A DNA stretch of 64,000 nt from positions 295,671 through 359,670 of the forward strand of contig OZ244141.1 in NCBI GenBank assembly GCA_965216295.1, given 5' to 3'. The notes under the pieces were generated by a model. The model was not told the origin of the DNA, made no database searches, and worked only from the letters and a program-made list of their open reading frames with translations. Positions 9,042 through 17,937 of the stretch are shown in pieces. Within the stretch, counting starts at the first letter, position 1, and each line of letters starts with the position of its first letter. This DNA comes from Minisyncoccota bacterium (GTDB lineage: Bacteria > Patescibacteriota > Minisyncoccia > Phycocordibacterales > JABAAK01). The position numbers and the translations under genes are program-made.

Positions 9042-9989
9042 TTACGCACCTCCATGTAATTGCAAATAGGCATGTTCTAACGCTTTCACTGCATCACCAG
9101 CTGCTATATTATTTTGATGAAAGATACCATCGGTACAATCTCCAGCAGCCCAAATACGGGCATGACTTGATTGTTGTGTTTTCGGATCAACAACAACACG
9201 TTGTATACCATCAAGTGTCACGAGATCTTTGAGAAGGGAAGTTTCAGGAATCAACCCTATCTCAACAAATACCCCTTGTACAGAAATTGTTTCTTCTTTA
9301 CCACTCTCTTTGTTGACATAGGTAAGCCCAGAGAGAAGTGTTTTACCAAGTATCTCTTTCGTGTCTACATTACCCAATGCTTTCATGCGCGGATGGGCAC
9401 ATACCTTTTCAACCGTAATAGCATCTGCTTTAAAGGCTGTGTGACGGTGGAGAAGGGTAACACTCTTTGCATATGCCAATAGCTGTGCTGCTGTTTCAAA
9501 TCCAGCGTTACCACCACCGATAACCGCGACATCTTTATCAGCAAATAGTGGTCCATCACACGAGGCGCAGTAGGTAAGTCCTTTATGTTCAAATGTATCA
9601 GCTCCGGGAACATTCAATTTCCGACGAGTCGATCCAGTGGCAAGGAAAATACCTTTTGCAGTAACCTGTGAACCATCTTTCAGGGTGATTGTTAACGTAT
9701 CACCGTTATCAACAATGGCAGTTGCTTTTTGTTTCTGTATTACGAATCGAGCACTTTCGTATGCACGAAGATGTTCTTGAAATGATTTTGCAAGATCACT
9801 ACCACTAATACTCTTTGTCCCTATCCAGTTTTCAATAGCAGGGGAGACAATACTTTGACCACCAAACTCTTCTACAATACAGACGGTATTGAGTTGTTTT
9901 CGTGCCGCGTAAATACCCGCCGCAGTCCCCGCTGGACCGCCACCGATAATCGCAATATCAACTATTTCCATAGGTTTGAAATGTTCCAC
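9042..9989 (-). CDS. trxB: Thioredoxin reductase / AhpF C-terminal-like FAD oxidoreductase (start may be 9971)
   Basis: IIGGGPAG, YCASCDG redox motif, VIGGGNAG, AAGD. Confidence 0.85.
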   Translation of the reverse strand: MEHFKPMEIVDIAIIGGGPAGTAAGIYAARKQLNTVCIVEEFGGQSIVSPAIENWIGTKSISGSDLAKSFQEHLRAYESARFVIQKQKATAIVDNGDTLTITLKDGSQVTAKGIFLATGSTRRKLNVPGADTFEHKGLTYCASCDGPLFADKDVAVIGGGNAGFETAAQLLAYAKSVTLLHRHTAFKADAITVEKVCAHPRMKALGNVDTKEILGKTLLSGLTYVNKESGKEETISVQGVFVEIGLIPETSLLKDLVTLDGIQRVVVDPKTQQSSHARIWAAGDCTDGIFHQNNIAAGDAVKALEHAYLQLHGGA

Positions 9990-11155
9990 TCACTACGATG
10001 ACCGCGAGGCTTTACCTTAACATTTTCATCATGATCGTCATCATCATCAAATGATATATCTTCTTCTGTTTGATTTGGTGTGAACGTATCATCAATGAGT
10101 TCAACATCATCACTTTGGTTTGGCTGTTTTTTCTTGAATGCAGTTGGTATAAGAGAATTTGCCCCGTCTTTGTTTTTTTGAATAACATCAACGTCAGGAA
10201 ATGAAGTGGCAATAACGGTAACACGTATCTCACCTTGACGAAGATTCTTGTCCGTTGATGTTCCAAAGATAATACGAGCATTTGGATCAACAGATTCAGT
10301 AACACCTTGAGCGATAGTTTGGACCTCATCCATACTAATATCACGACGACTTCGTGATGCGATAGAGAAGAGAATGCGTTGCGCACCGCGGATAGAAATA
10401 TCAAGAAGTGGTGAGGAAGTTGCCCTTTGAACAGCGACTTCTGCACGACTTGCTCCTTTTGCCAATCCAATACCCATAAGAGCTGTACCGGAATTCTGCA
10501 TAATAGTTCGCACATCTGCAAAGTCAACGTTAATATCACCTGGATTGGTAATTAAGTCGGTAATCCCACGAACAGCTTTTAAGAGTACATCATCACTCAT
10601 AGCAAAGGCATCTGCCATACTAGTCTTCTTCTCAGATGCTTTCAAAATGTTGTCGTTTGGAATGACAATAATAGCATCACAGTTCTGAGAAAGTTCCGCA
10701 ATTCCTTCTTCGGCAAGTGCTACTCGTTTACCTCCCTCAAAACTAAATGGGCGAGTGATAACAGCAATCGTCAAGACACCGAGTTCTTTTGCTATCTTTG
10801 CAACGATAGGGCCAGCACCAGTACCAGTTCCACCACCCATACCACAGGCAACAAACACAAGATCTGCCCCTTTAATCATTTCAAGAATTTCATCAGACGC
10901 TTCTTCGGCAGCAGTGCGACCAATATTTGCGTTCATTCCTGTTCCGAGTCCTCGAGTGAGTTTGCTTCCGAGGTGTATTTTTTTACCTGCCTTCGATTGT
11001 TCAAGATCTTGAGAATCTGTATTTGCAACAATAAATTCAACACCAGCAATTCCCGACCGTATCATATGATTGGTTGCATTTTTACCAGAACCACCAATAC
11101 CAAACACTCGAATACGTGCAAATGTTTCCTCCTCAGGAAGCCTGATTTTTTTCAT
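9962..11155 (-). CDS. ftsZ: Cell division protein FtsZ
   Basis: GMGGGTGTG, NTDSQDL, INVDFADV. Confidence 0.97.
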   Translation of the reverse strand: MKKIRLPEEETFARIRVFGIGGSGKNATNHMIRSGIAGVEFIVANTDSQDLEQSKAGKKIHLGSKLTRGLGTGMNANIGRTAAEEASDEILEMIKGADLVFVACGMGGGTGTGAGPIVAKIAKELGVLTIAVITRPFSFEGGKRVALAEEGIAELSQNCDAIIVIPNDNILKASEKKTSMADAFAMSDDVLLKAVRGITDLITNPGDINVDFADVRTIMQNSGTALMGIGLAKGASRAEVAVQRATSSPLLDISIRGAQRILFSIASRSRRDISMDEVQTIAQGVTESVDPNARIIFGTSTDKNLRQGEIRVTVIATSFPDVDVIQKNKDGANSLIPTAFKKKQPNQSDDVELIDDTFTPNQTEEDISFDDDDDHDENVKVKPRGHRSEWNISNLWK

Positions 11156-11242
11156 ATACACCACTATACCCCATATACCATAATTGTAAAATCGTTCTCA
11201 ATGGAAAAAAAGACACACAAAAATGTGATTTTTAATCACCGA

Positions 11243-12424
11243 TTAACTCACCTCATCGCTCACACGCGAGAGAAACTTCATAAATCGTTGAAAAAAACCA
11301 TCATCTTTCACTACTTTATGTTTTTTATGTGACCCTCCTGCGTCACACATCAGAGCATAACTAGTATTCCATATTGTTGGTGGCGTTGTCGTGTCAGTAA
11401 CAACACGAATATCTTTTTTTATTTTCGTATAGAGACCAACAGTATCAGAGAGTAGCTCAGGAAACTCTGGAAAGAGGCTTCCACCACCAATCAGAGTAAT
11501 GCCACCAGGGAATAGTTTATGAGTATCAATATCTTTCACATATGAAGCGATTTCTCGTGCGATGGAGAGGCGGTAAGTACTGAGCGCTTTTTGCAACGCA
11601 ATCTTGGGAAGTGGAGATTCTTTGTTGATATATTCTCGTTTCAATCGCTCTGCTTCTTGAACATTCACTCGCAGGGCAAGCGCAATGGCATTAGTGATTG
11701 ATGAACCACCAGCAGAGAGTGATCGTGCTCCAATTAAAACACCTCGTCTCCATATTGCTATGTTCGTAACATCAGCTCCGATGTCAACCACAACAGCCCC
11801 TATCTCACAATCCTCTTCAGAGATGAGCGTTTTGGTTGTTAAGGGAGATGGGATAATGGCATGTTCAACAACCAACGGTTCAAGGATTTTTTGGATAGCT
11901 TGAAGAGTTGCATTGGGATAGAGGAGACACCCATACTCTATTTCAATAGAACGTCGTGCTAAAGAGTCTTGGTAGGTGTGAGTTACATCGACACCGTCAA
12001 TGAGGATACTGATTGGTTCAATGGTGACAAAGAAATACTTTGGATAATCTTTCTGCAACTGTTCTTGTATTCTACTAACAAGTTGTTCCATGTAGTTTTC
12101 TCCAAAGACCATTGGTCGTTTGAGGTGGTGCTTCTTTTTTTTCCTGATAAACTGAGTGGCTGGATGACTTATCGACGCATAGATGGAATCAATCGGGGTA
12201 CCAATTTTTCCTTGCGTTACTTGGAGTGCGTGTTCAATTGCTTTTTTCAAAAAAGCTGGTTTTCGAATGGTACTTGCATGCATTCCTTTCGAAGTAACAA
12301 TCGTTCCTTCAAATGTCTCTCGTGCAGATGGTGTGTTTGGTGTGTCAGGTACTTGGTTGACGAGTACTTTGATAAAACCATTACCAATATCAAGTATTGC
12401 TGTTCCATGTTTTACCTTTCCCAT
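11243..12424 (-). CDS. ftsA: Cell division protein FtsA (divergent)
   Basis: Actin-like motifs LDIG, VVDIGADVT, GG..IT, AERLK, LIGGGS; directly upstream of ftsZ. Confidence 0.8.
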   Translation of the reverse strand: MGKVKHGTAILDIGNGFIKVLVNQVPDTPNTPSARETFEGTIVTSKGMHASTIRKPAFLKKAIEHALQVTQGKIGTPIDSIYASISHPATQFIRKKKKHHLKRPMVFGENYMEQLVSRIQEQLQKDYPKYFFVTIEPISILIDGVDVTHTYQDSLARRSIEIEYGCLLYPNATLQAIQKILEPLVVEHAIIPSPLTTKTLISEEDCEIGAVVVDIGADVTNIAIWRRGVLIGARSLSAGGSSITNAIALALRVNVQEAERLKREYINKESPLPKIALQKALSTYRLSIAREIASYVKDIDTHKLFPGGITLIGGGSLFPEFPELLSDTVGLYTKIKKDIRVVTDTTTPPTIWNTSYALMCDAGGSHKKHKVVKDDGFFQRFMKFLSRVSDEVS

Positions 12425-12429
12425 ACACG

Positions 12430-12846
12430 TTATAACAAACGAGCGGCATAGTGAGATTCTAGTTTTTCCATCTTCTCTCCATGCTTATAGCCTCGTATAT
12501 GGAGAATACCATGGATGATTAAAAACCCCACGTACCATTTGAGTGACACACCTTGTGTGTGTGCTTCTTTTTTTGCAAGAGGCAGGTTGATAAAAATTTC
12601 CCCAAGAGTACTTTTCTGTGCATTTTTTCCGACAGCCAGTTCATCAAAGGAGAATGTGAGTATGTTTGTTGGTGTGTCTTTCTTCCTATACACTCGGTTG
12701 AGTGTGCGTGAATAGACATCACCGATAAAAATAATGTGGAGAGAGGTTTTGTGTGTGAGCAATGTTGTGCCAAGAGCACGATACGGTACTCGCGGAGTTG
12801 GTTGTTTTGTTGTATTAAACAGCGTAACTGAATTGACCTGTGTCAC
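12430..12846 (-). CDS. ybeY: rRNA maturation RNase YbeY
   Basis: LNRVYRKKDTPTNILTF and HGILHIRGYKH. Confidence 0.92.
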   Translation of the reverse strand: MTQVNSVTLFNTTKQPTPRVPYRALGTTLLTHKTSLHIIFIGDVYSRTLNRVYRKKDTPTNILTFSFDELAVGKNAQKSTLGEIFINLPLAKKEAHTQGVSLKWYVGFLIIHGILHIRGYKHGEKMEKLESHYAARLL

Positions 12847-12858
12847 AGTGGTAGAAAA

Positions 12859-13134
12859 CTAAAAACGCTTCTGGTTATTCGATGATCGATGAGATGAAAT
12901 ATTTGAAACCTTACCCATGCGGTAGAGAAGTTCATAGTTAGTTTTTCGTCGCAATTTATTGATACAGTTCTTTTTACGCACTGCTTTTGAAGGGAGCCGT
13001 GTACGGAATTTGTTTTGCTTTAATGAAAGGGCAATGCCAGAAATCTTCATTTTCTTTGAAAAACGTCGATAGAGTGAATTAACGTTCTCATCGCTTTTGC
13101 GTTCAACAATAATATTATATTTTCCTTCTCTCAT
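12859..13134 (-). CDS. rpsU: 30S ribosomal protein bS21
   Basis: IIVERKSDENVNSLYRRFSKK...PSKAVRKK; ATG at 13134. Confidence 0.75.
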   Translation of the reverse strand: MREGKYNIIVERKSDENVNSLYRRFSKKMKISGIALSLKQNKFRTRLPSKAVRKKNCINKLRRKTNYELLYRMGKVSNISSHRSSNNQKRF

Positions 13135-13168
13135 AGATACGCTGAAAAGTGTAACACGCACACAACGA

Positions 13169-14338
13169 TTAGTGCAAATATTTCTTTAATGTATCCAATC
13201 TATTCAATGAGATAGTGGTAAAAGCATGCGTGTCAGTTCGCCGCATACGAATAACACCACTTTCTAATTCTTTTTGACCAAAGATGAGGATAAAAGGATA
13301 CTTTCTCCCATCTTCTTCAAGCTGTTGTTTCATCTGCGTGTAGTGAAGACGGTGGGTCACTGCAATGTCATGTTTGTATAATTCTCCTAATAGTGAGAGT
13401 ACTTTGAAACGTGCCTGTGGTCCTACGTGGATAAAGAATATTTTTGCTGCGGAAGATTTCTTTTTCTTTGGTTGATGTTTTCCAACGGTTTTTTCAGGAA
13501 CAGAAATAGTAACTGAACTAATGGGAATAGTGCGACGGTAAAGTGTCATCGGTAATGTGTCATAGCGCGCACCATGAGCGTGCAACGTTGCATCTTCACT
13601 AACAATTTCAAAAATAGTATGAACCCCTTGATTCGTTTGAGTGACTAACTCAGGGGCAAGATCGTAGGGAATAGGGTAGGCATCAAGGTATTCCAATACT
13701 GATTTAAACTTTGTGTTTGCTGATTCTGATAGGAAACGCAATGTGGTTAATATTTTCTCTTGTAATTCCATGTGATCTTCATCAAAAATTAATCGATGAG
13801 CGTCAACGATAGATTCCCGACACAGACGTGCACACTCATTGGACATAAGGGGGCTGTGTTTTTGAAGTGTTTTGTGGAGAAGAGAGAAGTATTTTTCTGA
13901 GGTATTTCGATCACCCATAGAATTTAATCGAACGAGTATTTCCTTTGAACGCATCTGTTCCATAATCTGATATCCCGTGGTAATGAGAAGTGCATCAACG
14001 AATGGGTCGGTAATACCGATAGCGGTTAGCGTGAAGTGTGCGTCAATACTCCTATGCGGTACGGTAATGACAGGTCGTGTTTCACAATCAACAGTGCTAT
14101 GGAAAATAAAGAGCGGGACTTTTTCAAATTGCAGTCGTCGTTCAAAGTAAAAATGAAGAATAGAAGCGAGTTCTCCAATGGTTCCGCATCGGGGTACGGC
14201 TCCTCGAGAAGCAACAGTGGTATGTGGTATTCCTTTGTACTGTTGTACAACCTCGTGGAGAGGGGAAAACCCACTTGCAAGAGCAATACCACGTCCAGTT
14301 TCAAAAAGTTGTACTGCTGAGTGTTGTGTGCGAGACAT
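13169..14338 (-). CDS. Degenerate histidyl-tRNA synthetase-like protein with a C-terminal anticodon-binding domain
   Basis: HisRS-like segments RLNSMGD, TIFEI and HGARYD, plus the HGTP C-terminus PFILIFGQKEL..G.IR. Motif 2 and the GLDYY loop are not recognisable. Confidence 0.65.
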   Translation of the reverse strand: MSRTQHSAVQLFETGRGIALASGFSPLHEVVQQYKGIPHTTVASRGAVPRCGTIGELASILHFYFERRLQFEKVPLFIFHSTVDCETRPVITVPHRSIDAHFTLTAIGITDPFVDALLITTGYQIMEQMRSKEILVRLNSMGDRNTSEKYFSLLHKTLQKHSPLMSNECARLCRESIVDAHRLIFDEDHMELQEKILTTLRFLSESANTKFKSVLEYLDAYPIPYDLAPELVTQTNQGVHTIFEIVSEDATLHAHGARYDTLPMTLYRRTIPISSVTISVPEKTVGKHQPKKKKSSAAKIFFIHVGPQARFKVLSLLGELYKHDIAVTHRLHYTQMKQQLEEDGRKYPFILIFGQKELESGVIRMRRTDTHAFTTISLNRLDTLKKYLH

Positions 14339-14343
14339 AGAGG

Positions 14344-14991
14344 CTATGGGTTGTTGACTGAAAAAGAGTGGGATCCAGGATAGACACCAATCTCAGAGAA
14401 TGGGTAGAGGCGTAAAAAGACCTTGCCAATGATAGCTTCTTGCGTTATTGTTCCCCAGAAACGAGAATCAAAACTGTTATTCCGATTGTCACCGAGCAAG
14501 AAATACTCTGTTGCATCGAGTGTTACTTTCAATGGTGTGTAGGTGAGCACTTCACTGCTCTTGAGGTAGGGTTCTTCAAGTTGGAAAACTTCTCCTCCAC
14601 TTGGAGTGATATAGATAGCATTGTTGGTGAAGCGGAGTGTGTCACCAGGTATCCCGATGATGCGCTTCAAGAGATATTTTGCAGTTCCTTTTTGTGGTGG
14701 TGGAGAGAATATGACGACGTCACCACGATGTGGTTCATTAAATCGATATCGTAAAAGTTCAACAACAAGATAGTCACCAACGACTGAGTCATTTTTATTA
14801 AACGTGGGATACATAGAACTTCCCTCAACGATGAATGGTCGTGCGATGAAACCCCATACCAATAGTGCAACGATGATACCGATGAGAATTGGGGAGAATT
14901 GTTTTATAAAAGAAACAAAAAAAATAGATTTCTTGTCAAGAGATACTGTCGTTTCTTCTTTCAATGTCTCTGTAGTATGTGTTGTGTCCAT
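14344..14991 (-). CDS. lepB: Signal peptidase I
   Basis: GSSMYPT, KRIIGIPGD, GDNRNNSFDSR. Confidence 0.95.
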   Translation of the reverse strand: MDTTHTTETLKEETTVSLDKKSIFFVSFIKQFSPILIGIIVALLVWGFIARPFIVEGSSMYPTFNKNDSVVGDYLVVELLRYRFNEPHRGDVVIFSPPPQKGTAKYLLKRIIGIPGDTLRFTNNAIYITPSGGEVFQLEEPYLKSSEVLTYTPLKVTLDATEYFLLGDNRNNSFDSRFWGTITQEAIIGKVFLRLYPFSEIGVYPGSHSFSVNNP

Positions 14992-15069
14992 GTTTCATTA
15001 CCATACCACAGAGACTATGGTTTTTCAAATGAAATAATGTCACAACACCACAGAAGGTATACTGTCTAC

Positions 15070-15636
15070 ATGACACATCTCGTTCTTCTTGGTCTTGGTA
15101 ATCCAGATGAGTATCGTTGTACCCGTCACAATATTGGAAAAGACTTTGTGGAAGCAATGGGAGTTTGTGCGGGGATAACATGGCAAGACATTGGTAAGGG
15201 AAAAATTGGTTCCACAGAAGAAATTGATGCAAAAAAAAGAAAACGAGAAGTTACCTTTGTTGTTTCCACTGGCTTTATGAACAACACTGGCAGAGATGTA
15301 GCCAACATACTCAATACTGTATCGCTTGAAAAGCTTTTTGTCGTGCACGATGATGCCGATTTACCAGTAGGAACGGTACGTTTATCAGTTGGTGGGAGTG
15401 CTGGTGGTCACAAGGGAGTACAATCAATCATTGATTTTATCGGAACAGAAGATTTTACTCGCTTACGAGTTGGTATTGGTAGGGGAACACCTATGGAAAA
15501 ATTTGTCTTAGAGCGTTTTACGCACGATGAGTTTTTATGTATCACACAAGCACTGCAAGAGAAGGTGGCCGAGACCTTTTCCGAGTACATCACTTGTGGT
15601 GTGCAACGAGCAATGACGTGGTGCAATACGAAGTAA
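15070..15636 (+). CDS. pth: Peptidyl-tRNA hydrolase
   Basis: GLGNP..Y..TRHNIG, FMN, VVHDD, GGHKG, RLRVGIG; ATG at 15070. Confidence 0.95.
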   Translation: MTHLVLLGLGNPDEYRCTRHNIGKDFVEAMGVCAGITWQDIGKGKIGSTEEIDAKKRKREVTFVVSTGFMNNTGRDVANILNTVSLEKLFVVHDDADLPVGTVRLSVGGSAGGHKGVQSIIDFIGTEDFTRLRVGIGRGTPMEKFVLERFTHDEFLCITQALQEKVAETFSEYITCGVQRAMTWCNTK

Positions 15637-16866
15637 CTACTTTTCGACACTTGCGCTACTTTCAGCAAAGGCAGATTTCGTTGTCTTATCGTTTTTATCC
15701 TTCAGCGTAAGGGTCAGTTTTTGCATTCCTGGATCAAAGTTTAGAATGACAAATTGATAACTCTTACCAATCTCTAAGTTTTCACGAAGATGTTCTTCAT
15801 CATCGTAACAAGAAACATGGATTAATCCAGTGACACCTGCTTCGATAGAAGCAAAAGCACCAAATGAACCACATTTAATGATGACTCCTGAGACGGCGTC
15901 ACCAACTTTATATCGAGTGCCGGCATCTTCCCACGGATTTGTATGCAATGCCTTAATAGAAAGTGAGTACTTACCATCTTGAACGTCAATAATTTTTACC
16001 ATCACCTGATCGCCAACGTTGTAGAAACGACGAGGATCATCAACTAAGCCCCAGTCCATTTCAGAGATGTGGACGAGTCCTTCAACAGCATCATCAATTC
16101 TGATAAAGACACCAAAATCAACGACACCGGTGACGACTCCTGGTTTCACATCACTCACCTTGTAGACTGTTTTTGTTTCTTTATCGTCTCCTTCTTCACC
16201 ATCGGCACCGCTAGCTTTTTGTTTGTGTTCGGAGAAGATAAGGTCATCATTCTTTATATCAATACTCATAATAACCACAGAGAGTTTCTTGGTAATGAGT
16301 TTTTTCAATTCATTCAAGATTGCATCCTTATTCGCATTCAATACCTTTGGATAATGTTTTTCTGAGAGTTGTGAAGCGGGGAGGAATCCTCGAATACCAT
16401 TCCATTCCATGATAAGGCCACCACGGTTTGCATTTTTCACAGTCACTTCGTATGTTCTACCATCTGCCATTGATCGTTCTGCTTCACTCCATATGAGAGC
16501 CTTGCGTGCTTCTTTCAAAGATAAATCAATATATCCCTCGTCTGTTTCTAGTGCGATAATCTTTGCAGAGATACTATCTCCCACTTTTATCTTACGCAAA
16601 ATCTCTTTTGCTAACAGGAATTCCCGCCCATAGATAACTCCCGTTCCAATAGGTGAGAGGTCAATGTAGACTGCTGAGCGATCAATGTTCACGACAGCAC
16701 CTTCAACGACGTCACCGACGCGATAGTATGGTACCAAGGTATCTTCAGCACCCTCAGCATTTTCAACGTTCTTAGTGTTTTCAATGTTTTCAGCACCATC
16801 AGCATTCTCAGTACCTTCAGTATTTTCAGTGTTTTCTTGTTGTTCTTGTATTTCTTCTACTTGCAT
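15637..16866 (-). CDS. rpsA: 30S ribosomal protein bS1 (four S1 domains, acidic repetitive N-terminus)
   Basis: Repeated S1 domains (GFLPASQL, EGLVHISEM, GLIHVS). Confidence 0.9.
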   Translation of the reverse strand: MQVEEIQEQQENTENTEGTENADGAENIENTKNVENAEGAEDTLVPYYRVGDVVEGAVVNIDRSAVYIDLSPIGTGVIYGREFLLAKEILRKIKVGDSISAKIIALETDEGYIDLSLKEARKALIWSEAERSMADGRTYEVTVKNANRGGLIMEWNGIRGFLPASQLSEKHYPKVLNANKDAILNELKKLITKKLSVVIMSIDIKNDDLIFSEHKQKASGADGEEGDDKETKTVYKVSDVKPGVVTGVVDFGVFIRIDDAVEGLVHISEMDWGLVDDPRRFYNVGDQVMVKIIDVQDGKYSLSIKALHTNPWEDAGTRYKVGDAVSGVIIKCGSFGAFASIEAGVTGLIHVSCYDDEEHLRENLEIGKSYQFVILNFDPGMQKLTLTLKDKNDKTTKSAFAESSASVEK

Positions 16867-16881
16867 TGTTGTTTTTTGGGA

Positions 16882-16930
16882 TGTAGACGGAAGCTACTGC
16901 AAAAATTGCAGGGATTACTCCACCGCCACA
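16882..16930 (-). promoter_or_regulatory. Candidate structured 5' leader of rpsA
   Basis: On the minus strand, outer stem TGTGGCGG / CCGTCTACA and inner hairpin CTGCAA-TTT-TTGCAG, ending 15 nt before ATG. Confidence 0.4.
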
Positions 16931-17046
16931 AAACATGAATAATAAATAGTGTCGCATATGGTGCGAATACTATTACCATTCCAGTATATCTCTATATCGG
17001 AGGTATTTGCAAATGATGGTACTGTGGGTTTACACTCTATATACAT

Positions 17047-17631
17047 ATGGAATTTCGTGCGCTGAAAAATTTTTCTCTCTTCTACAAGCATGCCGATAGT
17101 ATTGTCCTTTTCAATCCTGCAAAAAATGAGATTAAAAAAAAGGACGAAACGATATCCCTTTTTTCTTTTTCTGTTCCAGTGTCAGGATGGGGTGAGGGGC
17201 ACACTACGGAAACATTTTGTGTGAATAGCCCTGGTGAGTATGAATATCATTCAACCACTATTCGTGGTTACGGCTCAATGACAACCATCAACGGTACACC
17301 ACTGCAAGTAACTACCTATTTGGTAAACAACGACCTCTTTCAAATTCTCTTTCTCGCTCCTCTCCAAGAGAAAGCAGTCACTGATGAATTGAGCAAACGC
17401 ATTACCACCGCTGATATTGTTGCTGTTCCGGTTGGTGCAAATGTTCTTTCTTTTGCTGATGCAACACAATTCGCTTCAAATGTGTCTGCAAAGCTGTTAC
17501 TGCCATACGGCAACGTCCTTGATGATAAGCAGATAGCAAAAGAGGTCGGTGAACGAAAAGCGGTAAGTAAGCATACCGTAAAACGACAGGATTTAGCGAC
17601 TGACACCTTGCAAACCATTGTCTTGTCGTAG
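17047..17631 (+). CDS. Metallo-beta-lactamase-fold protein, apparently lacking metal ligands
   Basis: VNSPGEYE, DIVAVPVG and LLLP motifs typical of this family; no His metal cluster. Confidence 0.55.
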   Translation: MEFRALKNFSLFYKHADSIVLFNPAKNEIKKKDETISLFSFSVPVSGWGEGHTTETFCVNSPGEYEYHSTTIRGYGSMTTINGTPLQVTTYLVNNDLFQILFLAPLQEKAVTDELSKRITTADIVAVPVGANVLSFADATQFASNVSAKLLLPYGNVLDDKQIAKEVGERKAVSKHTVKRQDLATDTLQTIVLS

Positions 17632-17632
17632 T

Positions 17633-17902
17633 ATGTTTTTTCAAACAAAAAGAGATACAGTTTTATTTGTAAAAATTTTACTGTTTCTTGGAATACCGTG
17701 GTTTATTTTTTTCATCATTACCACTTCCTCACGGGAAACAAGTACAACGTCTGGTGAGGCAATCTTTTTTGAAGCATTGCAGGAAGCTGGAGAGTCTTTA
17801 CGAGATGACGCACAAAAGGTGCAGGCAGAGTTTGCAGAGATCATTGAACAACTACCAGAAGAAGAAATCCTGGAAGCGACAAAAAGTGAGGAAACTCCTT
17901 GA
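17633..17902 (+). CDS. Small single-TM hypothetical protein
   Basis: Hydrophobic helix followed by an acidic coiled region; fills the gap before gyrA. Confidence 0.55.
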   Translation: MFFQTKRDTVLFVKILLFLGIPWFIFFIITTSSRETSTTSGEAIFFEALQEAGESLRDDAQKVQAEFAEIIEQLPEEEILEATKSEETP

Positions 17903-17937
17903 TAGACGAGCCGTGATATACTGGAGATGTTACTACT

